Shown: positions 42,214 through 54,140 of the stretch, one piece after another | Position numbering within the stretch: the stretch's first letter is position 1 | Layout: every line of letters starts with the position of its first letter | Origin: Nageia nagi | Taxonomy: Eukaryota > Plantae > Pinophyta | Assembly: GCA_050084985.1 (NCBI GenBank) | Contig: JBITNC010000001.1 | Span: 190,588,001-190,652,000, forward strand | Length of the DNA: 64,000 nucleotides | Reading direction: 5' to 3' | Program-made: the position numbers and the translations under genes | Notes under the pieces: generated by a model | Told to the model about the DNA's origin: nothing | Databases searched by the model: none | The model's input: only the letters and a program-made list of their open reading frames with translations

Positions 42214-42799
42214 GGATCCATATTTTATTCTAGGATTTGAAAACCCTAATATGTTAGTAGAGTTACCTCCAACCATACACCAATATACCATGTCCATTAG
42301 GTACATCCATAATCCCTTAACTCCATTCTTATAAAATAGTTAGCATAAATGAATTTTAACTACTTTAGGGATTTCTTTCTCCCACCTATGTGAGTCAAGC
42401 TCTTTCACATAAGTAACCTATTATTAGAGTTCCATGATCCTTCTTAATGTTCATATTTTATTATTGAATAAGTGGTAGAGCCTCATTATTTAAATATTAC
42501 AAAATTTGATGAATAAATATTTAATCCTAAACTATTATCTATAAGAGTTCTCTTCACTTTAATATACAATGCCAAATTCTGACCCATAATATCTTGACTT
42601 GGAATTTTACTTTCATAAAACTTGGTAAGCTAACTTATTTTCATGAATATACTACTTATATAAAGGTGAATGCACTTGTATTAAGTATAATTTACTCTTT
42701 CTTGAATGCATCATATAAAACTTTCCTTTGAGGTTCGGATGTTTGGATTAATATAGATAAACTATTTTTTCTTTAGGTGTTATTTAATTTTTTATTCAT

Positions 42800-44150
42800 G
42801 TTGTACGACCTTAAGTCCTTGAAAATATATACCCTTTTTATTGTAACTAAATTTACTACTATTTTAGGTGTTCCCTTCTTTGCATGAGCACATACATCAT
42901 GATTGATTATAAGGTCCCTATAAAAAATTGCATTCATTAGTTTATTTTCTTCTTTATGAATAGAGGTGTGATACAATATTAAATTAATTATTGAATTTCA
43001 TTTCCCAATATTTCGTATTGATTTGTTGTATGTTACTTTTCTTGATGATAACTATAATATGATGATTCATTATACCATTATAGTTCTAGTATTTTCACAT
43101 TACTATCATATTATGATATCCCTAATAAAACATCAATCATTTTTTTCTTACAAAAATCTATCAAAATGAACACTAGGGAAATTAGGAAACTTATTCTTTC
43201 ATAGTTTTATATTTCTTATCTTTTAAGAGTTGGATGCTTTTTTAATTTTTGCTACATTATATTTTTTTCTTACTTGTTATTGGTTACATATGATTTCTTG
43301 TTGGTGGTGTTAGAAGTTGCATATTCATATTTTAGCACTCCACCATTAACCAGATATTTTTATCTTATAAGTATGGTCTTTTTAAATATGCCAAATGAAG
43401 CATTTAATGATTTATGTATATATGGTCTAAGGGGTTTAAGTAATAATTTCATAAAATTATCATTGATATCTTCTTCATTTAGCCTAATCTTAATGCCTTT
43501 CCATACTTTCTTAAACCTAAAGATAAACTTATTATACCTTTCATTAGGGCCTTGCTAAATTGCATACAAATCTATTAATTTTATGTTCTTCTTGATGTTC
43601 TAGTAACTCTTTACAAAAAAATATTTATTTTATCTCTAACTATTTAGGGAGCATGAGGGTAATTTATAAAATCATTATGAATCCTCATCCTTTAAAATCA
43701 TAAGGAAGAACCTAGCCATCATTTTTTTTCATTTTCAAACTTGATAATTTATGTTTCATGAAAGTTTAATAGATTTTTTTTAGAATATCCTTCTCCCTTA
43801 AGCATATCAAAATTTAGATTTTTACATTTAGTTGGTATTAGATCCTTTATTCTCCATGATAGAGGATATTAAATTGACCAGTAAAATGAATATACCACCT
43901 CATCTTTGTTTATTATTTTTGAAACTACTAATTCAACCATATCATTTTGTTATTAATTATACTACTAAATATAAAGTATTTCGACTTGATTTTCCATTCT
44001 AAGTATGAATACCATTTTGATCTACATTCTAGTTTTGTGCAACTAAACTATTTTTTCTAAGCAATAATTTGAGCTCTTCAACTAACCCACTCTCATGCAA
44101 GAACTTCTTGATCATCTTTTAGTTTCTACCATGTTTTCCATTTTCATTTT
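42800..44150 (-). pseudogene. Tat-like gag remnant
   Basis: NFDMLKGEGYSK...MMARFFLMILKD...FYKLPSCSLNS...LIDLYAI*QGPNERYNKFIFRFKKVWK, homologous to the gag at 57030+ (TKQGPNERSDKFILRFQKVW). Confidence 0.75.
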
Positions 44151-45488
44151 ATGGTATTTCAAAACATTTAAATCTTTAACCTTGATGAGATGCAAATCTA
44201 AGAAAAATTTTAGTTCATGAAAAATATAGATAAAATAAAAGTAATTTACAATATAAAATCTATAAATTATTAGTTTATCTATGAATGAAAAATATATATG
44301 TAATATGGCATAATTTGTGATCTAGGGTACATAAGAGATCCATGAAAAACCTAAATTAAAGAAGATAGAAATTCTATATCTAGCACATAATAATATAAAA
44401 TATGAAAAATAATACATGTGTATCTAATTTTGAAGAGTTTAACCCTTTGTAAAGACTTCACAACCTCTCTTGAATCATTCCTAAGAACTACAATTTTGGA
44501 AGGGTTTTGATATTTGCCCTACATAGATTAGGGATTTAGGAACAACCTTTATGATGATCAAGATTGTCCTATATTTTGGTAACAAAAATAAATAATGACT
44601 CAAAATATGCATTTAATACACGAAATGAATAAATTGAAGATGAAGCAACCTAAAAACTGAGACCAAAAATAATTAAAATTATCTAATGGTTGAGAGACCC
44701 CTAATATAGGATTGAGGATAGTCCTACAAGATAACTAAAGACTAATGGTGATCTTGTTATAGTATTATTGTAACTTCCAAAAAGTTTTAGGGGTTATCAA
44801 ATAATCTCATGACCTTGACTCTAGAGTTTGTCAGCTTCGATATGGCTTGATACTATCCATATTTTGATTAGATAACTTCCAACTTGGAATAAGGGTATAA
44901 CAAGTGATTCTTACATCATTCTTATTAAAATTCATAAATCTTAAATAGCTTTTAGGGTTTATGCATTGATATAGCATCAATAGAATTGATCTCATTATCA
45001 AGCATACTAATACTTTTAAATGGATTTTATTTTTCCTTTTATGGTTGAAACGTATTTAATTTGAGATTAGTCAAACTTAGCTCTTGAAATTTGAATTTAC
45101 ATTATTATTATTCCCTTCAAATAATAAATTAAAATTATCTAAATTTGACATTTAAATAAATACAAAAATTAAATTTAGACGTCAACAAAACAAATAAGTT
45201 TTCTTTAAAATTGTTACAAACATTATTTATATGAATATTCTAACATATAATAATAAATTAAAATCATTTTCTTAATGACTTTTAATTTGAAGCAAAAGAT
45301 AATTGCATTCATATGCAACAAAAGTTATATTCTTTCATCATTATAATTACATTGATTTTTATATTCTATTGTAGATTTATTTCGAAATTGTCCTTTGATT
45401 TTGGTAAAACGTTGAAGTGGGTAATATTGAATTCAAATCATTATAGTTTTATTTAGATTGATATCTTCATGCATTTTATTTCTTGCAG

Positions 45489-45650
45489 GATAAGTTAACT
45501 TCTACGCTAGTGGAACAATGCCAAGAGTCCTTGTTAACTATACATAAAATAATAGAGATTGTTGACAAGGATGAACAATTGCTTTTTGAAGCTTTAAATG
45601 CAAATGACGAAATCCAAGGTGTTCTTTCAAAATATGAAGATTTAAAATAA
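45489..45650 (+). CDS. Exon of a TOM1-like (TOL, VHS-GAT) protein gene: C-terminal half of the GAT domain; may be pseudogenic
   Basis: Canonical acceptor ttttatttcttgcAG. In phase 0 it encodes DKLTSTLVEQCQESLLTIHKIIEIVDKDEQLLFEALNANDEIQGVLSKYEDLK*, matching the plant TOL1/2 GAT motif as I recall it (DDLTTTLVQQC..SQ.T.QRIIE.AGDNEALLFEALNVNDE..KVLSKYEE). Confidence 0.85.
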   Translation, partial: DKLTSTLVEQCQESLLTIHKIIEIVDKDEQLLFEALNANDEIQGVLSKYEDLK

Positions 45651-48449
45651 TCTTCAAAATGTAATATTTCCCTAGCATTCAACACCTATTTCAGAAGGAC
45701 GATCATCTTCCAAGTCTTAAGTATATATCCACTTGAAAGGATTCTAGTGCATAGAGGCATCCAACACATACGAGGAGAAACAATAATTTGTTTTTCAAAT
45801 TAGATATTAAGATATTTTTAAAATAGAGAATTTTTAAAATATAATGTTTATAATAAATATAAGGATTTTCATATTGATTAAATTGTTAGCTTATGCAATA
45901 TGTATGTATCAAAAAAGAATATACTCTTTTATGCTTCATATTATTTAGTTATAGAGAGTGTTGAAATTTTGTATACAAGTTGACTTATGTTTTATTATTT
46001 TTCGAATAATGTAAAACACGTCAATATTATAGCTTGATCACATTATGGAAATAATATTCTAATAAGAGTACTTAAGATATATACATAAATAAAATTGATG
46101 TCATACTAAATAAAATATAAATTATGAGAGAATAACTTGAAATAATTGATTATAAGAATTAATCTTTATCAATCTTTACGTTATATGCATGATAATAAAA
46201 TTATAATATATGAAAGTTTGGGAAATAGTCCAATAGCATTTAAATTCTACATCACCTAGTAGAATAAAATAAATTCAAAGATATAGAATTCCTCTAATGA
46301 AGTTTATAGACATGGTGAATGTTATTCTATTGGTTTAGGAATTCTATATTGTAGTAAAATTTATATCTTTTTTAATCTTATTTATTATTATGAAATAATT
46401 TTTACATTACTTGATTAAAATTATTTATTTAATTTTGATCTTTTAAATAATTTTTAAAAGTTAATTTAAATATGAAGAATAATATTCTTTTGAATTTATT
46501 TTTATATTTCTTATTAAAATCATAATATTTTTATTGTTAAGTATCCTTTCACATATTTTATATTTATTAACAAAGAAAATATCATGGTATAATAATAATG
46601 CCTTGTCATCTCATAATCTAAAAAGTTATGTATTTTTTAATCTATAATAAATATAAAAAATGCATTATCTTACTCAATTAGCATCTTAATATAGAATAAT
46701 ATTGTATATAATTAAAATTAATTTTAGTCAATTAAAAGCATCTATTTAAACTACTAAAGTAATATAAATATGGTAGTAACAACATAATTAAATCAACAAC
46801 ATCTACAATATGGATGAAATTGAGAATAAAATTTAGCACAACCTAGCTATTGGAGCAAACCTTCAACACTATTAAATCTGAACTTTAAACAAAGATACAA
46901 ACCTATCCTTCTTAATTAATTTGCATAATAAGTGTTGGATTAAGACTGAAGAGTTACGCAATTATTCTACCCTTAAATCTAGAGCCTTTTTCTTCCTAGG
47001 AAAGGTGTATCGATCCATGATGCCAATATACTAGGTCATGAAATATCACATAATATTATCAAGCACTAAGAATCAAACTCAAGATTAATCAATGTAAAAA
47101 CCTACAAAAATGCCTAATATGTCTAGGAAATAAAATGTATGAAGATAGATAGCAATGATAGCATCCAAATTCAAATTTGATAGGTGGTGGTCAGAACCAA
47201 TTATCACATCCAATTGCTTAACACCTAAATTTAATTTTTATTTAATTAAAAAATATATTTTAGGTATATAAGTATTTAAATGATTTAATTATTTATTTTA
47301 TTATATTTATAAAATAAAATATGATTTCACTCCTTGTATTCCCTTTTGATGACAAGTTCAAGGAGTGCTAATCTAAGTGAAGCTCTTGGTCCACATACAA
47401 AAACCCTCATTTATTTAAAGGGAAGAAGGATGTGACATTGATCATGTGTGGACCTTGGTAGATGCATTGATACACTTCTAAAGAGCCTTTCATGGTGTCT
47501 TTTGATGCCACCTATTAAGTTTAGATTTTTGTCCTACTTAGATATTACATTCCTTATTTGCAATATTTATAGTTATGTATGATAACTTTGGCAAATAACC
47601 TTGATAACAAAATATTTGTAGTTATGTTGGCACATCATTATAAGTTGATGCATTGTAGTACGTTGATGAACCATGTGTAGATGCCTAAAAATGATTTATT
47701 ATTTATTTAATAAATCATATTTAGACTTCCTAAATGACTTATTGCAATATTACAAATGTTAAGATAAAGTTGATATTACAATATATCAGGGCCAATGCAA
47801 TATCATATGCTATGGTTCATATTTCAATTTATCTTGAATACAACAAAGTTTTATATTATTTCTAAAGGTTGGTCTTCACTCCTCTTTATGTCTTTATAGG
47901 CTATATATGCGAGTGGAATAGATTGACCTCTAAAGATCAAAACTCTTTGATATGAAAAGACCTCTAATATGTGTTTGTCTCCCACAATGTTCATCAAGAG
48001 ATAGTGTCTTTGGATGCCACCTATTATGAGAAATTGTTATACTTTGAACTATGAAACTTTCTATTTTTTGCACACTCCATAATTCTGCATATTCAACGTT
48101 GTTAACTATGTGTGTTTAAGGATCAAGGGTTTTCTATTTTGGTGGCAAAAGCTATTGATTCATGCATACAAAGATCCATTACGATCTCAACTTCAATCCG
48201 ATCGCAATCTTTTGAAGATCCATTATCATTTTATTTTGAGAATTGTACATACACTTCATATCATGTGCATGCTTTTTATGTATATTTATTGTATCTAATA
48301 AACTGTACATATGTAGCTCTTCTTATATTGTAGATCATTTTATTTATTATGTATATTCATATTTTACACAATTTAGGGTCTACATTTTGGTAAAATTAAC
48401 ATTCTTACACACCTAGATTCCATTATAGGATATCCCTTCTTAGGAGTTA

Positions 48450-51100
48450 TGAATCCATTCATATTATTATCTCTTCCCTTACTTGAGATGCTTAAAGTGA
48501 AGACTCAAGAAAATGATAAAACTAGGGTTTATTCTACCTATATTACAAATATGAATTTGAATGAAGAACAACCTAGGGTTTCTAGAAGGTCCATTTCAAT
48601 GAGATCAAAAGAAGTGTTAGGGTTAACCCTAATTTACCTATACAAATGTAAGAGCTTGATCCTAGTGATTGAATGGATACTGATAAGGATAATGATACTA
48701 AATCTACAAATTCTAGGCAAAGAATGCATATTATTAGACAAACCCCTAATAAAGTTAATATGTCTTTTACTGATTATAATTTTGATAATGTAAGTTTGGG
48801 AAGCCATGGTGATACTTCTGATAGTGATGCTAAATTTAAAGAATTAGATAGAATTTCTAGCTATGTTAGATCAATAAAGGAATTGATATCTAATAAGGAA
48901 AAGTTGGAGTATTATCTTACTATTAACAATAAAGAGGTTATAGATATCCTAACAAATTATGAGTTATTAGAAGCATGTACTGCAATTTTGTAATCCTTAA
49001 ATAGTTTATTTTCTTATGAAAATGCAGGGCTTCTATCATCAAGAAAAATAGCATTAACAGTGTGGACTATACACATGCTCCAACAACATGGAAGAAGAGG
49101 ATTCTAAACCTCCAAAAGAGGTGATCATTAAGGATGTCGATGATGAGGGTGAAGTAGAGTTTGAACCCTTGGTAACCCATTCTATAGGTCATAATCCAAG
49201 TATGATTCCTGAAGGTTCTAATAGGGATAAAGGTAAGAACATTTTTTTCGATGATGAAATTGCATAAAATATTTCTAAACAAGTTTTTATTGCAATTAAT
49301 AATGCTTATTTACACAACCCTAATTGGAAAAAAGAAGAGCATGATATAAAGTTTGATATCTTTGAAATGCAAGAAATTGATTACTTTCAAAAGGATAATG
49401 AGAAAAAATAATTAGAATTTATGTTGGACTTTTTTTGATAAACTTGGACATGAAAGAATAAATAGGATTGGACCATTTGTGCCACTCAAAGAGGATGAAC
49501 TTCAAAAAGAACAAGCAAATAAACCAACCTCTCAAAATGGAAACACACCACCACAAACCCCAACACTAGCCCTAAATATCAATATACTTATAGGGAATAG
49601 GCCTATAGTGCAAAAACAACACACAAAGTAAACTTCTATAGTGCCAAATAATAGAAAGACAATTCAGGAAAGGATTGAGAACTTAGAAAAAATATGCATA
49701 AAGATGATGAAGATGATTTCTTATGTTGCTTAAAGCATCCATTGACTAATAGAATTATTTCTAAGTTGTTTGTTATTAAAAAAAATAGTGTGAAATTTAT
49801 GAAATTTGATGGTTTACAAGATTCCAAAATACATAAAGATGATGAAGATGATTTCTTATGTTGCTTAAAGCATCCATTGACTGATAGAATTATTTCTAAG
49901 TTGTTTGTTGTTAAAAAAAGAATGAAATTTATGAAATTTGATGGTTTACAAGATCCAAAAATGCATATTAAAAAAATTTAAGAGGAACCTATTGAATATG
50001 TTCATGATAGAGATATGCTTGAAAAATTATTTTCAAGTAGCTTGAAAGATGATGCATTGAAATGGTACTTTAGTCTTCCTAAAAAAAGTATTGATAATTA
50101 TGAGGATTTGAAACATAGATATTTGAAAAACTTTAGATATAATATCATAAAAAAATTTCAATTCAAGGATTTGTGTAAAATTAAGAAATTACCTAATCAA
50201 TATATATCTAATTTTGTGAAAGTAGGGAAATAAACTAGAAATAAAAAAAAATTTCCTAAGCAATATTTAAAGAATACTTTTGCAAATGCTCTATTTTCTA
50301 TGTATAAAATACAGGTTGTATCTAATTATGGATTGACATTAGCTAAAATGATAGATATTTTGCCTAAAAAGGAAGATTTTATCAAGAAAACTTATAAGAA
50401 ATGTTATCAAACATCTCAAAAGTATGAAAAGAAAGCAAAACCTCAAGTGTATGAAAAGAAGGAGAAACCAAAAGTTGTTACAGCTAATGTTGAAAGAAAA
50501 AAGACTAGACCACAAAGTTTATTAAGTTAATTGATATTGTTGATAATATCCTTAATGTGTTATTAAAATAATATCTTATTGAACTCCCACCAATGGTTCA
50601 GCATCACTTTCCTAATGGTGTTCTTGAAAATTATAGATATGAAGAATTTTGCAATTACCAATGGACACTAGAGCATCAAAAAAAAAATTACAAAATCATA
50701 AGAAATATCATTCAAAAATTTACTAATAATAAAGTAATTCAGATGGATAATGATCCTAAAGTAGAAGAAGGACCTGTATATCCTGATAATGGAAAGTTGG
50801 AGATATTTATGATCCCCTTGCCAAAGATAACTAAGAAACCAAAAGGCTTCATTAGTTTGGTAAGTACTTCACATTGTATGATTTATTATTTCTCTAACAA
50901 AAATGAGTATAGATAACATCAACAACAAGCAAGTAAGAGCTATGATGAAGAGAAAATAAAATATAATGGTGAAGCTTATAGAAATAATATTGCTAATGGA
51001 ATGTAAGATTGTCTGCACATTATCAACAATATAAATTATACTACCAAAAAGGCACCTATTTTTATGCTTGCATCTACAAAATTCATATGGGTTTTTAAGG
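48450..51100 (+). pseudogene. gag region (frameshifted)
   Basis: KFMKFDGLQDPKMHIKK...MLEKLFSSSLKDDALKWYFSLPKKSIDNYEDLKHRYLKNFRYNI is a Retrotrans_gag core of Tat/Athila type. FCNYQWTLEHQKKNY is a decayed knuckle. Confidence 0.85.
49697..49970 (+). repeat. In-frame 135-bp tandem duplication within gag
   Basis: Units start at 49697 and 49832. The 45-aa duplication is visible in ORF 49694-49981. Confidence 0.95.
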
Positions 51101-52399
51101 CATCCCGGTTATGAAGATTCATTACTTGAATTTGATAAATTTAAAATTATAGTGTACCATAAGTAGGTTATTTTTTTTTAAATGGTCAAATGTGTATGTT
51201 GCATTATCACAATAGTCATGTGATGGTTTTATATATGTTCTGGGTAAATTTTGATCATTTCCCTCATATATTTTCTCTAAAAATTCTTCAAAACTCATGG
51301 TGTTAATAGTGAGTGGCTATTTACATTAGTCATTAATGGTGTGCATTTACTAAACTAGACTAAAATAAATAATATATCTTATTTCTTTAAGTTCTATTTA
51401 TATGTTTGAAGACCATGTCATTAGGTTTTGAACTTGTTAAAATAGAAAAACTTACTTAGGTTCATGATTATTCATATATTGCACATAAAGAATCATATTT
51501 TTAGGTCATTGGTAATTTTGAGTCAAAAAAATGAAATTGAAAATTTGTTAAATATTGTTATGGATGTATTCATTAGGTTTGTTATGTACTTGCATTCATT
51601 TCATAGGTTAAATTGTTATTTTGTGGAAATATGTGATGAAGTTGCAAATGAAAAAGTGAAATAGTATATATGGTTTGTTGCTTATAACTTTGCAACTTGT
51701 AATTTGAATTTTAAATTGTAAATTATATAAGTACAACTATATAAGCAAGTAAATCATTCATTCAAATACAAAACATAAAATTGAGTATACATTCAAAAGT
51801 GTACATAAAATTGAGAGCCAAAAAGGATCATATATATATATAATAATCAAAAGGGTGGAACCATGTCTCATTATGAAATCTAATGGCATGCACTACTACC
51901 ATTTCTACCCACCACATTATGCCTAGGTACTTTCCTAATACCACTACTCTATCTAGAAATTGAAACCCCCCTGATACCTCACTAGAACTAATACCATGAG
52001 AGGCCATTATTGCTTTGGCTCTCTCATTTTTACTCCTACATGTTATGATGTACTTGTACCACTTACCTATCTTTTACATTAGTTGTTGAATAAATATGCA
52101 TTATTAATTTGGTGGGGACATGTCAACCCTCTCCTGTAATCTCTTCAATGACTAATCCATAGATGGTATTTGAGAATCTCTTACTGCAACTATGGACTGA
52201 AGAGTAGAAAGTTATGATTATAGACTAGAAACCATAGCCTCAAAAATATTTGGTATCTCAATATTTACCTCAAGGGAGGTGATTTGGGTGGTCATATATC
52301 CTTCAAAATATATATATAAGTCATAAGTTATTCAATTCTCCATAGTATGTTAACCAAAAATAAAAAATATCATAAACCTACAAGTGTGTAATAGAGTTT

Positions 52400-54140
52400 T
52401 ACCTATTAAACTTCAACCAATGTGTCTAACCCTAATACTGGCATAGATGGTTACTCCCACATTAGAATATCATGTATAAGGTTATCTATATTTTTCTCAC
52501 CCTCATTGGAAGATTCTTTCAAGGGAGAGGTAGCCATCTCTTCATCCTCCTCATCAATGCCTAATGGTGTTGGTCTCCTCATAGCCCACCATGCCATGTA
52601 TCCTCTTGCAGTACTTGAATTCATAGAGGTGGATTTTATTAGATCCATTATGCATAGCTCCTCCCATGTTATCACCCATGAAGGCATAATATGTGCCCCT
52701 AGTAGGGCATCCCTCTCATCTCTCTATCGAATGTAGTATATAGGGGCAGGTGGAATACCTTGTCAAATACCAAACTATATCAAAACATGCTGAGGTAAAT
52801 ACTGGTCCACAAGCTTCCTTTTGCTCTAAAGGAAGCATGGATATCTCACCCATGCTAGCTGGTAGGCATCCTCCTCCCATACATAGTTGGTATAGAAGAC
52901 CCACACTAGGTCCTCTAGTTATAGCCTATCAATCTCCCATCGTTTAGCCTCTAGTGTGTGTGGATACCTATATCTATGAAGTCTAGAAATCTAGCAAGTC
53001 AAAGCTACATCTATAGGTGCCTCCCTATCTCTCTAGAGTCCCATTCATCTAATCATAGTTATATTCTCATAACCCCACACTTGTATCAAACTAGCATGAG
53101 CAATAGTAATATTGAACTTGTCCACATATGCACATTCCTATATAGTTGAGCTAAAATAATGGATGTTCAAGCATATTATGTTCTCCTAGTATAAATTTCC
53201 TATACAATCCATACCATTCCCAATGAAAAAGTAGGAATGACTTTGTTTGAGCAAACATAAGTAAAAATAATATAGATAATAAGGAGCCTTGCGTGTTTGG
53301 AGGAAGATGCAAACTTGCACACTTCATGCAAGTGGGAGGCCCTATGATCCCAATCATGATCTTCCTCTCCCATGAGTTAAACTATATATCTCTTCTTAGC
53401 CTCATTATTTGAAATTTTTTCCTATTAAATAATCCACCCATTAATAGGTACACCCCATATCCAATATACATCTAGAAGGGTGATCGTAATTTCACCTAGG
53501 GGCAAGTGAAAGGTGTTAGTGTCCTGGTCCCAATTCTCCATCAACATTGTCAAAAGAGGGAGTTCATGTTGAATATAATCAAACACAACAATATCATTTA
53601 ATCCCAAAATCATGAGGATGTCATCCTCATGATTGGACCTTGGCCTTCTCCAAATAGCCCATAGACATGGGTCCACCCCTAATGGTAATCTTGCACTCCT
53701 ACAAAATTAAAAAACTAGATATTCATATTATGCATTGTGAGAAATCAAACTATAACTATAATAAAAATGAAGGTCTAACTTAGTGAAGGAAAAATTAGCC
53801 TAGGGGCATGAATGAAATGGAAAACCAAACATTTATAAAATGAAAATATTGGCACCTAGCCAAAGCTACATGAATAGGAAAAGCAAAATGACTATAAATG
53901 GATACAAAAATAGAAAGTAAAATGGTAGAACAAGGAAGTCCTATGGTTTCCAAGAAAATGAAATATGGTGAATTATGAAATAATAAAATGTAAAATATAA
54001 ATAAATGGATAAAACTTACCACATGATCAAAACGGATGCTTTGTAAATACTCCGTAATATATTCCCTAAGAAGAGGCAAAGGCCTCTCCACTACACGCCA
54101 TCCATCATCTACCCTCTCAAAAAGAAAAATGAGTAAATCA
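52400..54140 (-). pseudogene. Plant Mobile Domain (aminotransferase-like PMD, MAIN/MAIL family) gene with an intron, decayed
   Basis: Ordered PMD motifs: LLTMLMENWDQDTNTFHLPLGEITITLLDVYWIWGVPING; YA*TSIILAQLYRNVH; LIQVWGYENI; *FGI*QGIP; YMAWW followed by an acidic tail. Putative intron 54019-53699 (GTAAGT...ttttttaattttgtAG). Confidence 0.88.

Noticed and set aside
44830-45020. Possible upstream TOL exon (FDMA / NRIDL-like peptides)
   Set aside because: The similarity to the expected FDVARNSIELL segment is too weak, needs frameshifts, and has no convincing splice donor.
45476-45685. Minus-strand 69-aa ORF from the track
   Set aside because: It is the antisense shadow of the plus-strand TOL GAT exon.
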